Shown: piece after piece, positions 20,333 to 29,800 of the stretch
Layout of the letters: every line of letters starts with the position of its first letter
Position numbering within the stretch: the stretch's first letter is position 1
From: a virus
Length of the DNA: 45,026 nucleotides
Strand: one strand, 5' to 3'
UHGV virus genome: UHGV-1710001
Program-made: the position numbers and the translations under genes
Notes under the pieces: generated by a model
Databases searched by the model: none
The model's input: the letters and a program-made list of their open reading frames with translations, nothing else
What the model was told of the DNA's origin: nothing

Positions 20333-20644
20333 ATGAGAAAGGATTTCAACATCGACGGAAAATATGTAGTGCTGTCTGTAAGCACTAATATTCAGTCGCC
20401 AGCCGTCATTGTCACCGTAAAGTTGAGCGATAGGATGCCTGATATCGACTCGATATCTGTTGCGTTCCCCGTTAAAAGCATGCGGAGTGCTGAACATTTT
20501 GTGATGAATGCAACGGAGGAGGAAGCGCGGCGCGGGCTTACTAGAGTGATGGGGGAATTTGGCGAACTCCTGGGTAAGGTAAACAATGCCCTTTCAATCA
20601 GTTCAGCAAGGTCCAAAGCGTTAACAGCTTCCATGATGAAATAA
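20333..20644 (+). CDS. hypothetical protein (103 aa) between cre and ref
   Basis: ORF following an operator-like site; no motif recognised; overlapped by an antisense ORF that I reject. Confidence 0.4.
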   Translation: MRKDFNIDGKYVVLSVSTNIQSPAVIVTVKLSDRMPDIDSISVAFPVKSMRSAEHFVMNATEEEARRGLTRVMGEFGELLGKVNNALSISSARSKALTASMMK

Positions 20645-20652
20645 AAAAAAGC

Positions 20653-20671
20653 CTGGCAAGGAGCCAGGCTG
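20653..20671 (-). terminator. hairpin with T-run on the minus strand
   Basis: GCCTGGC-AAGGA-GCCAGGC preceded on the plus strand by AAAAAAAA, giving a U-run after the hairpin for a leftward transcript. Confidence 0.35.
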
Positions 20672-20775
20672 CACAAAAGAGCGGGTTTGTATTCCGCATC
20701 CAATCAATCAAGAAGGAGTATAGCACACAGGTACTGAAGTGAAAAAATGTGATTCGCGAGAAACAAAATATCTAC

Positions 20776-20792
20776 CATTGCTCTAATTTGTC
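20776..20792 (+). promoter_or_regulatory. C1 operator upstream of ref (Op2-type)
   Basis: ATTGCTCTAATTTGTCC, 13/17 match with the conserved ATTGCTCTAAT core; C1-controlled ref is established for P1. Confidence 0.55.
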
Positions 20793-20878
20793 CGCAGTTT
20801 TTGTCAACTACGAAGACGTTGCCATTACTTCACTCCTTGACATCATTGGCGGCCATTAGGCCGCCTTTTTTTTGCCAT

Positions 20879-21439
20879 ATGAAAACAATCGAACAAAAAC
20901 TTGAACAGCGCCGCGAGTGGCAGAAGGCAGCCAGAGAACGAGCGATCGCTCGGCAACGGAAAAAGTTGGCTGACCCCGCCTGGCGAGAATCGCAATATCA
21001 GAAAATGCGGGATTCTATCGACCGACGTATCGCTAAACAGAAAGAGCGCCCACCAGCCAGCAAAACGCGGAAAAGTGCGGTAAAAATAAAATCTCGTGGC
21101 TTGAAGGGGCGAACACCGACGGCGGAGGAACGGACCATCGCCAATGCTCTTGGCACTCTCCCCTGCATTGCCTGCTACATGCATGGAGTAATATCTGAAG
21201 AGGTGTCTCTGCACCATATCTCCGGTCGTACCGCGCCGGGTTGTCACAAAAAGCAATTGCCCCTTTGTAGATGGCACCACCAGCATGCTGCACCGGCTGA
21301 AGTAAGAGCAAAATACCCCTGGCTGGTCCCTGTTCATGCCGATGGTGTGGTTGGAGGCAAGAAAGAATTCACCTTGCTGAACAAGTCAGAGATGGAGTTA
21401 CTGGCTGACGCCTATGAGATGGCAAACATCATGCACTAA
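20879..21439 (+). CDS. ref: Ref, HNH-type recombination enhancement endonuclease
   Basis: 186-aa product from ATG 20879; the 20801 start in the ORF track lies upstream of the operator; HNH-like core SLHHISGRTAPGCHKKQLPLCRWHH; size matches P1 Ref. Confidence 0.75.
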   Translation: MKTIEQKLEQRREWQKAARERAIARQRKKLADPAWRESQYQKMRDSIDRRIAKQKERPPASKTRKSAVKIKSRGLKGRTPTAEERTIANALGTLPCIACYMHGVISEEVSLHHISGRTAPGCHKKQLPLCRWHHQHAAPAEVRAKYPWLVPVHADGVVGGKKEFTLLNKSEMELLADAYEMANIMH

Positions 21440-21477
21440 TAAATATATTATTTTTAATGATAAATGATTGACAACTG

Positions 21478-21487
21478 ACAAGTGACT
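21478..21487 (+). promoter_or_regulatory. late-promoter-like motif ACAAGTGACT upstream of mat
   Basis: The motif ACAAGTGA(C/T)T recurs upstream of mat, prt/darB and lyz in this window. Confidence 0.4.
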
Positions 21488-21628
21488 TCAGTCAGAATCA
21501 TCACATGCCCGGTACGGATGGATCCCTTTTCAAATATTCCATGGACGGCACAGTCTGAGTACCGGGCGCTACCTTCAGTTGTATTGCTAAGCCGCCGCTG
21601 GTGGCTTTTCTTTTTTGTAGGGGGCGCT

Positions 21629-22270
21629 ATGGATAAGAAAATATGCGTTGTTTCGATGAGCGTCGGCAAACCGGCGTCAATGACTGCTGCATGGATCAAT
21701 AACGAGCTGATAATGGCTGAGCGGACCAGCTACCCTGAACGCCGCCGCGATATGGAACTCCAGCTGCTGCGCGAATTGCGAGAAAAAGAGGAAAAGGGTT
21801 TTATCGTGCTGGTGGAAGAGGAAAACAGCTTTATTACTGGTCGAGTTGGCCAGCGTGTAAGGTTGCGCGATCCCTTCATGAACGGCAGGCCGGTACTAAT
21901 TGAGGCAATGCAGATTTATAAGGAGCTGGAACGCCAGAAAGCAATCAAGTTACCGCGCAAGGAATCCGGCAAATACATTCTCCACCAAAGCATCTTCGAT
22001 TCCGAACACGATAAAAAAGGCGATGAATTTTTCAACATCAACTGGAGCGAAATAACGACAGAGCATGTTCTGACGTTACTATGTTGCTTTGCGACGGAAT
22101 ACAACAACGTTGCCAGCGCCGACTACATCAGGGCAATGGCTGGAGAAGTTGAGGCCCGCCAAGAACCATCGTTACTAAGTCCACTGATTAACATAATTCT
22201 GGGTACCCAGACACTGGAACAAAAAAAAGTGCCGAAAGGGGTATTAACAGGCAAGCATAATTATTTCTAA
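21629..22270 (+). CDS. hypothetical protein (possible Mat equivalent)
   Basis: 213-aa product from ATG 21629; the upstream GTG at 21482 lies inside the promoter-like motif. Confidence 0.45.
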   Translation: MDKKICVVSMSVGKPASMTAAWINNELIMAERTSYPERRRDMELQLLRELREKEEKGFIVLVEEENSFITGRVGQRVRLRDPFMNGRPVLIEAMQIYKELERQKAIKLPRKESGKYILHQSIFDSEHDKKGDEFFNINWSEITTEHVLTLLCCFATEYNNVASADYIRAMAGEVEARQEPSLLSPLINIILGTQTLEQKKVPKGVLTGKHNYF

Positions 22271-22437
22271 TAATTTATAGTGGGGACTTTTGATGGTGTA
22301 AAACCCCATGAATTATTATTTTTTAGTTTTTTGATTCTATTTTTTTTTGCATTACCCGTCATAAAAATGAGCTTGCTTACATAATAGAAAATTATTTTAT
22401 CAACACTATTACAACAAACGATTATCACTGATAACAT

Positions 22438-22461
22438 GAGTCCTTTGAAAACAAAGGACTC
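22438..22461. promoter_or_regulatory. perfect 10-bp inverted repeat (GAGTCCTTTG-AAAA-CAAAGGACTC) abutting the GNAT start
   Basis: Seen directly; right arm contains the only AAGGA RBS-like sequence 10 nt before ATG 22470, so the hairpin would occlude the RBS; could also be a protein-binding operator. Confidence 0.5.
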
Positions 22462-22469
22462 ACCATACT

Positions 22470-23078
22470 ATGTCTAATACCTCGGCAAATGAAATTGTAC
22501 CGCACTTACCGCTAATTTTCGAAAATGAAGCTAATGGGATTCTTCAGGATCTGGCCTATACTCCATCGCTTATGGGGTTGATGATGTTCCCGACAGAAGA
22601 GGAGCTGAAAGCAGCGAGAAGCTACATAATTAACGTTTTTGAAGAGTGTTACCGAGCCGGTCATTTGCGCATTATGGGCTTTACTAATGAAGAAAACTTG
22701 TTCGGATACGCCTTAATCTTCGGACATCCATCGGGAAATTTTCCGTTGTACTGTCATAAAATATATGTATATGAGCAATATCGTGGTAATGGACTTGGAA
22801 GTAATATACTGGCAGAAATACTTGCATTTCCAAATGAGGTCGCTTTGATTTGCCAGTCTGATTTGGTTCCTTTTTATGAATCAGCCGGAATGCACTTTAA
22901 AGGAAATTACACCACTCCATCAGTCGCCAATTTCAAAAAAACTCGCGGCATGTATGAGGGGCTTTGTTTGATGAGCACTGAAAAAAATGCAAACTCTAAT
23001 GGTGTACCTATATTCATGCTGAACGATAACGATATTGATAACATCATACAGGCTATCGCATCATCGGAACCACGATAA
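22470..23078 (+). CDS. GNAT-family N-acetyltransferase
   Basis: 202-aa ORF; acetyl-CoA binding motif A YEQYRGNGLGSNIL (R/Q-x-x-G-x-G/A) and motif B LVPFYESAGMHFKG; flanked by AT-rich DNA. Confidence 0.65.
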   Translation: MSNTSANEIVPHLPLIFENEANGILQDLAYTPSLMGLMMFPTEEELKAARSYIINVFEECYRAGHLRIMGFTNEENLFGYALIFGHPSGNFPLYCHKIYVYEQYRGNGLGSNILAEILAFPNEVALICQSDLVPFYESAGMHFKGNYTTPSVANFKKTRGMYEGLCLMSTEKNANSNGVPIFMLNDNDIDNIIQAIASSEPR

Positions 23079-23132
23079 TATTAATAATTCATCTCGCCGC
23101 AGGAACTACAAACCAGTTGATTGTTTGTGAAA

Positions 23133-23151
23133 CGCCCGGTGCAAACCGGGC
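23133..23151 (-). terminator. hairpin downstream of the minus-strand darB-146aa-82aa operon
   Basis: GCCCGG-TGCAAA-CCGGGC immediately after the stop of the 82-aa gene; weak U-tract. Confidence 0.3.
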
Positions 23152-23160
23152 CAACAAAAC

Positions 23161-23409
23161 TCAATCAGCATTGAGAAGCAATGCATTATCTATGATGATC
23201 TGCTCCCATTCTTCGAATGCCCGGTCGCGGACGCCCTGGGGAACACTGTTTGTTTTGAAATCGACGACTGTACGCCATTTCCCGTCCGGACGGTACATGC
23301 GCAGAGCTTTACTTCCCCCTTCCCTGCGCACCTCAACGTTATGCTTGTCAGCAAACTCTTGTAATGCTCGTAGCGTCCCATGCTTTACTGTGTAGTATCG
23401 CTTTTTCAA
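23161..23409 (-). CDS. small protein downstream of darB (possible Lxc equivalent)
   Basis: 82-aa ORF, last gene of the darB operon; 4-nt overlap with the upstream gene; assignment by position and size only. Confidence 0.4.
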   Translation of the reverse strand: MKKRYYTVKHGTLRALQEFADKHNVEVRREGGSKALRMYRPDGKWRTVVDFKTNSVPQGVRDRAFEEWEQIIIDNALLLNAD

Positions 23410-23846
23410 GTTTTCTCTCCAGCCTGTGCCAAGGCTTCAACTTCCAAATCGTAAGACTCAAACTCATAGTCCTGGTCGTCAACTTCTTCAGGCACTGGCA
23501 GTAAATGCCAGGCTGAGTATATCTGACCATTATCAAAACGCTCCTGGCTGTAGAGCGTCGCGGCTATGAGTGTTAGCGCCGGGCGGTCATAACGGTAAAT
23601 TTTGCGAACGTCACGGTCAACGAGACGACCGAAATTACCATAACCGCGCTCCAGTAATAATTTTTTAATTTCCGGCCAGTATGGACCATAGCTGCGGTAC
23701 AGGCGGGGATTTTTCAGTAATCGCCCGCGTAGCCCTGACAGGAAGAAATCAACGTATTCGTCTTCTGTCTTTCCTAACAACGCTGTACGGAGTACCGCCT
23801 CAAGATATGTTTTATTCGGTTTTATTGTATCAGATAGTGTGGCCAT
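23406..23846 (-). CDS. acidic protein between darB and the 82-aa gene (possible Ulx equivalent)
   Basis: 146-aa ORF with acidic C-terminus EEVDDQDYEFESYDLEVEALAQ; immediately downstream of darB. Confidence 0.4.
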   Translation of the reverse strand: MATLSDTIKPNKTYLEAVLRTALLGKTEDEYVDFFLSGLRGRLLKNPRLYRSYGPYWPEIKKLLLERGYGNFGRLVDRDVRKIYRYDRPALTLIAATLYSQERFDNGQIYSAWHLLPVPEEVDDQDYEFESYDLEVEALAQAGEKT

Positions 23847-23879
23847 ATTATGCGACGCCCGGCGAACCGGGCGCTCCTG

Positions 23880-26800
23880 TTATGCGTATTGTTGGATGAC
23901 GGCCAGAACGTCCGCCACGTTGTGTTTTGTCTCGATAATCCACCAGTTACCTGGGAAGTCGCTGTTCTTCGCCTTCGCTGGCAACCAGCGAGCGCCGAAT
24001 TTCGCCTTGATTGCGTCTTTCGCACGGAAAAGAACCCCTTTCATGCCGGAGGCTTCCTGAAGTCCAAATACCTCGCCAGCGGCGAATTTTGGTGCGTACA
24101 TCATCTTCAGGTCGGCGGTGGATACGCGATAATTCAGACCAAGAGACTGAGCTATGCTGGTGGCATCACCCTGTATTGATGATAACTCTTCTTGTTTCTC
24201 GTTTCTGGCGGCAATTTCTTCCTCCGTGATGTTGCCAAGGGCCAGGTTTATCCGATCAGCGTCTGCCTGTTTCTCTTCATCGGTGCGCCCGGCAAGTACC
24301 GTGTTAATTCTGTGCAATATCTCCACATGATTCTTGCGCATGCTGAGCAATTCCGGCGTAACCTCGTTAAGGTCCACCAGCCCAAGGATGGCAAGGTCGG
24401 TAAACATTGATACCAGGTTGTAGGTCATGCGATAGCTGAGTTGCCCATAGGCTGATGGCAACTGCACCGCATCCATTTGATAGGCATCCATAAATTTAGA
24501 GCCGTCGTTTACGACATCCGCAATTGCCGGTGTGATTTTCCCTGTGGTGGCGGCCTCCCTGATTGCTGTTACCCACGATTGAGTCAGCGCGGCGACTGCA
24601 TGATTCAGATTGGCTTTCCGTTCTGCTGCAATGCGCGCGCTTGCTGCGTCCATTGTCTGCTTGATCTCGTCTTTATTGCTGTAAATGCCAATGGTGCCAA
24701 ACTGTGCTGTGGTGATCTCATAATCTGACGCCCGGAACTCATTGGTACCGAAAATGGCATTGGTGACTTCAAGTTCAGAATCCCCGTTACGAGTAGCCCC
24801 CTGGCTTGTTTTTTCCGGCATTCTGGCGATCGCATCCGCTATTTTCTCCTGAATTGCTTCAGGGGATAGCGTATCTCCGTATGACGCGATTACATCGCCA
24901 TAATTGGAGCCAAACAGTTCAACCAGGAATGTTTCTGCCGAACGGATCTGGCGGTTATTCCCTTCCGACATCATACCAAGCACCCATTTTGCAATTGACG
25001 ACTTCAGCGCGCCGTCACGGCGATCCGGGTAAACCGCATGCTTCAGTGGGTCCGTATAGGTACCAACAAAATCAATGCTATAGCCTGACTCTGTAGTCTG
25101 AACGCCGTATGAGTCAGTGATTTTGATCATGCCGCGCTGCTGGAAACGGTAGAAATCGTCACAGGAAACGATGTCGTTAATCCCGGCGATGGAGACGCCA
25201 CCACTGATTTTCTGCATAACAGCATCTTCATCGGGAGTTACATCAACCTGTTTATCCAGCGTCTTCACATCCCAGTTACCCGATTTGGTGCCTTTGAAGG
25301 TAAAGATGATCTCCACGTCTGCGCGCTGGCTGTCGAAGTCCAGCGACTTAATGCGAACGATATCACCGGCACAATCATAGTATTGGCCTACACGCCATGA
25401 GCGATCGCCGATAACAAGGAACTCATTCGCATGGTTAACCAGATCAGGATCAACATCCAGAATGCCTTTATTTATTGCATCCTCCACCAGCGGGCGCAGG
25501 CGTTTGATATCCGTCGCGGCCTTCTGAGTACGGTTCAATAATTTCTCATAGCGGGAGATGGCCTGAGAGATATTAGCCTTGCGCTGAATGGCGCTTTTCA
25601 ACGACGCGCGATACTGTGCTAACAACATACGGTCTGTGTGATGGACGCTACCCCAGCGGGCTTTCCAGTCTGCGTTATCAGCTGCTTTGGCCATTACCGC
25701 CTGTTTGAATTTGGCGACGTCGGCGGTGGTCTTTTCAAGTTCCGCTTTGCTTCGCTCCAATTCAGCGGTAAGTACCTCCACATCCTCACCAGCTGCGTGC
25801 TGCGCCTTGATGTAGTTCTGAAGGTCGATAGTAGCCTGTTCTTTCTGGCGAGCGCGTTTCGCAGCTTTCGCCTTATCCATTTGAACCTGCATCATTGCCA
25901 GACGTTCGCCGTCATCCTTCGCGGTATACATCTGCATTTCGATCATATCGTTGGCGTCGGCGTTCTCCATTTCTGACTTATCTGAACGGAGGATATCGGA
26001 GATCCAGCCTGCTTTACGCTTCAGCGTCTTCAGTCGGTATTCATCGAAAGACCCCTTGCCGCAGTAGTAGTGAACGCGAATGCTTGCACGGTTGGAGCCA
26101 ACTCGGGCACCGCGACCGTTTCGTTGCGCAATACTGGCTGGAGTCCATGGCAACGTCAGATGATGGATGTCAGTCGTTCCTCGATGCAGGTTGATACCCA
26201 CCTCTGCCTTTTTGTTGCAGATGATGATCGGAGTCCGGCCCTCCTGGAAGTCGGCTGCAATCTTTTCCAGACCGCCCAACGACATTTCATTTTGCTGCGC
26301 GATATAGGCGTCATACAGAGCCATTTGCTCGTTGTATTTCGCTATCTGTGCATCTGTTGGTTCATCCGGTAACTCTTTCGGCGGTTTAACCGCTTTCAGT
26401 TTCTTACCGGTTTTACCTGCCTCGGCAACCGTCTGAGCATTCAGTATCCCCACCTTTGAAGGTTCAAGGTTAAGAGCATTGCAGATAATGCGCTTGAGCT
26501 TCTGGTGCTGCGTTTTTTCATCGGTGAAGATGATTTGCTTACCTTCCGGGAAAAACTCCTTCAGCGTGGCAATCAGCTTCGCGTATTTGGGCGTAACGGG
26601 GTGAGTTACGGTCTGTTCGTCAATGCCAAACCTGGCCAGGCGCTTATTCACTTCCTGCTCGAACGCTTCCGGAACCTGCAACTGAATAAACTCGCCCTTA
26701 TCTATCAGGGAGTATTGCGATTGCTGCGTGATTGAATCATCACTGTCGTCGTCTTCACTGGTGGCTTGTTTAGGCAAACTGTCCGCCAGCTGCTGCACCG

Positions 26801-29800
26801 CATCGGCGTACTCCGGCAGGAAACGATAGGTGATCCGGCGATAGTACAGGTCCATGTCAGTACATACGCGGTCCATATCCCTGATTATTGAGAAGATCGG
26901 ACGGGCTTTCTCGTGCTCAATCACGCCGTCTTCATTGACCGAGGTCGTTACGCCATTGTTGGCTTTGGCCGCCGCTTCCGCCTGCTGGCGCAATTCTTCA
27001 TACGCCGCCAGTTGTTCTTCAGTAAGTGGTGCATCCTGCTGGTGTTCGTCCAGCTCCGGGATCTCCACGGTATCCTTAACGTCTTCCGCCGTTTTAAGCG
27101 TTACCCAGCGATGGAATATACCGCGCAGCGCATCAAGGTTTTCAAAGCCCACCAGCGCCATTTTTTCTTCAACTTCACCGCTAATTTTCTGTACCGTTTC
27201 CAGCCTGGTCTTGCCGAAGAATTTAACGAAGTCATCAGGACCGTAGATCCCCATGTTCTGCCAGTATTCCTTCGGCAGAACATGAGAAAGCATGTTGTAT
27301 GCATCGATCGGGGTGTTAACGACTGGCGTTGCAGTCAGGAGAACCGGCCCGCGCCCACCATTCTTTTTCATCAGGTACGCGTTTTTAATTGCCATATCTC
27401 GCGCCGATTGCGCCACCGCGCTGGTGGGCAGATAGGCCAGTTGTGACGCTTCGCGACCATTTTTATAGCTATTGCGGTAGTTGTGACCTTCGTCAGCGAT
27501 CACACTATCGAAGCCCATATCCTCAAAGTACGGATACTTCTCTGCTTTTACGGTGCCGGTATCTGAATACTCCGACAATACCCGGCGACGCGCGGCCTCT
27601 TTGCGGTGGGAGTCGGAGTCCATTGCGCTGGCTACGCGTCCGGCGGCAACGAAGTCATAAAGCATATCCTGTGCATGCTCATCTACGGTGTCATCACGTA
27701 GCGGAATGCGGGCGTATTGTTCTTTGGTAAACACGACTGCACGGTAATTTGAGTGCGGGATCGCGTTCATCCGCGCCGTGATAGTGGCTTCATCTGCCAG
27801 CTTAAGAGCATCGCGCATAACTGGAGTGCCATCAGTACCAAGAACAGGTTTACCGTTCTCATCGAGCACCTGCACCTGGCGAATCTGATCGCCATCCATC
27901 AGCACATCAAGACCGACGAACAGGTAGTTACTGAATGCCTCTTCACTCAGGAATTCTTTTGCTTCGTAATACCAGTTTTCCAGCACTGATTTAGGCACTA
28001 CATACGCAGTACGGGTGGAGCGACCGTTCTCATAGTTGAACGCCTCAAGCGCCAGCGCGGTCGTGGTTTTACCCAGCCCGGTGCCGAAGCCCAGGATGCC
28101 GCGCCCATCTTCGGACAGTCGGCGCACCTCGCTATTCTGGTAATCAAATGGCTGGCGCTTACCGCTTAATCCCTTCAACCCAAGCGGATCGCCAGAGTGT
28201 TCATACGGGATATTGCTATTGAACACATCGTTGTATTTGGCAACCAGCTCATCGTAGCGATCGTGCGTCTTGATCCACTTATTGAACTGGTCCTCAAGCA
28301 GTGCCATCTGCTCGCGGTAGCCGTTCGCCGTCGCGCTATCTTTGCCACCGATACGCGCACCATTGAGATACTTTTCCAGCTGTGCCGGGAACCCGGTCGC
28401 GTTTTCACCTGATTTACGGTCCCACTCGTAGCGAATCTCACCTGTTTCTTTATCCTTGCGCTGGACGACACCGTATCGGTGCCCGACGAACAGACCATCA
28501 CCACCGTGATAGGTGTCAGAAACCATTTCGTCGCCTTCCAGCTGCACTGACTGCACATAGCGCAGATCCGGATAGCCGTTTTCCTGCAAAAATTCCAGAA
28601 TGACGGAACGGTCGAACCAACGGCTATTGAGCTTAAACCGGATATTCTCTGCTGGCGTCTTGATGCGCTTCTCTTCGATAGCTGCCATCTGATTAAGGAC
28701 GTTGTTCTTTACTGGACCGTCGGGGAGTGTGGCGAGGAATTCCTGTTTTGGAGCCACTATCTCGTTAATGTCGCCGCTGGTGGCGCGGGCGAACGGAACA
28801 ATCCCGCCATACGGTGAAACCGCAATACCAGGGGTGCTGGCCAATAAATTAAGCAACTCTTCATCACTGGCTGGCAGTTCGCCGGTAAACGCAAGGCGGA
28901 AATCATCGAGCTGGATTGGATCGCGGGTGAGATCGCTATAGAGATAACGCAGGGTGTCCTGATAGCTGGTGGAGTCATAACTTGCGCTGGAATCATGCGT
29001 AACCAGCTTCCCTGTCAGCTCGTCAGAAATAGTGCCATCCAGCTTAATTGCACCACGGAAAGCAAACCAGGCGCGCGCACCGCTCCCCGACAATTTCGCT
29101 ATCGGACCGCGACCGGGGTTACCAAAACGGTCAATCTCTGCCTGCAAACGGGATACCAGAGAAAGGCGCTGCTGTTCGATTTGTTCAGCACTATGCCCGG
29201 CGGCCTTCATATCCTGATATTCAATTAACATCCGGCCAATCATCGCCCCGCGATACAAGCGTTCACGGTATTTTTCAGGCTGGCTGTTAATCCAGTCCAC
29301 CAGCTGCACCATATCGTCGCTGATTGATGTGGTGTACTTATCGCGGACATTTGCCATCTGGGTAAATGTCATACCGAGACGGCCTTCTGTTGTAGTCAGG
29401 TTACGCTGAAGAGCCTCCCAGCTATCCGCGCCATAACTGGCAGCATCGATCTTAAGTTCCTTCCCGGCATCAGCTTCAATCCAGCGACCACCAGCATATT
29501 TTTGCCATACGCCATTAATCAGGCGCATTTCCCCTTCACCAACAACGTCTGCGGTCGGTGACGGTTCAGCCATATCGAGCAAAGACCAGTCGATACGGCT
29601 TTCGAAACGATGAATCAGCTTCGCTTTAAGAGCCTGGTTATCAATCTGACCGTCGGCACGAACCTCAATACGCCCCTGGAAGCCCTTTTCCTGGGTGCCA
29701 TGAACAAACCGGCGGCCATCCTTTTCAAACCACTTGCCAGAAATAAACGTTGGCCAAAGCACATTTGCCGATTCAAGAGTGCTTTCATCCACCAAGGGGA

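Noticed and set aside
20392-20703. 103-aa minus-strand ORF antisense to the ORF between cre and ref
   Set aside because: A terminator hairpin sits inside its first 20 codons and it fully overlaps a better-supported plus-strand ORF.
23161-23846. HicAB-type toxin-antitoxin call for the 146-aa/82-aa pair
   Set aside because: The catalytic His of HicA is absent and gene order is atypical; position downstream of darB favours the ulx/lxc-like assignment, so it is kept only as a low-confidence alternative.
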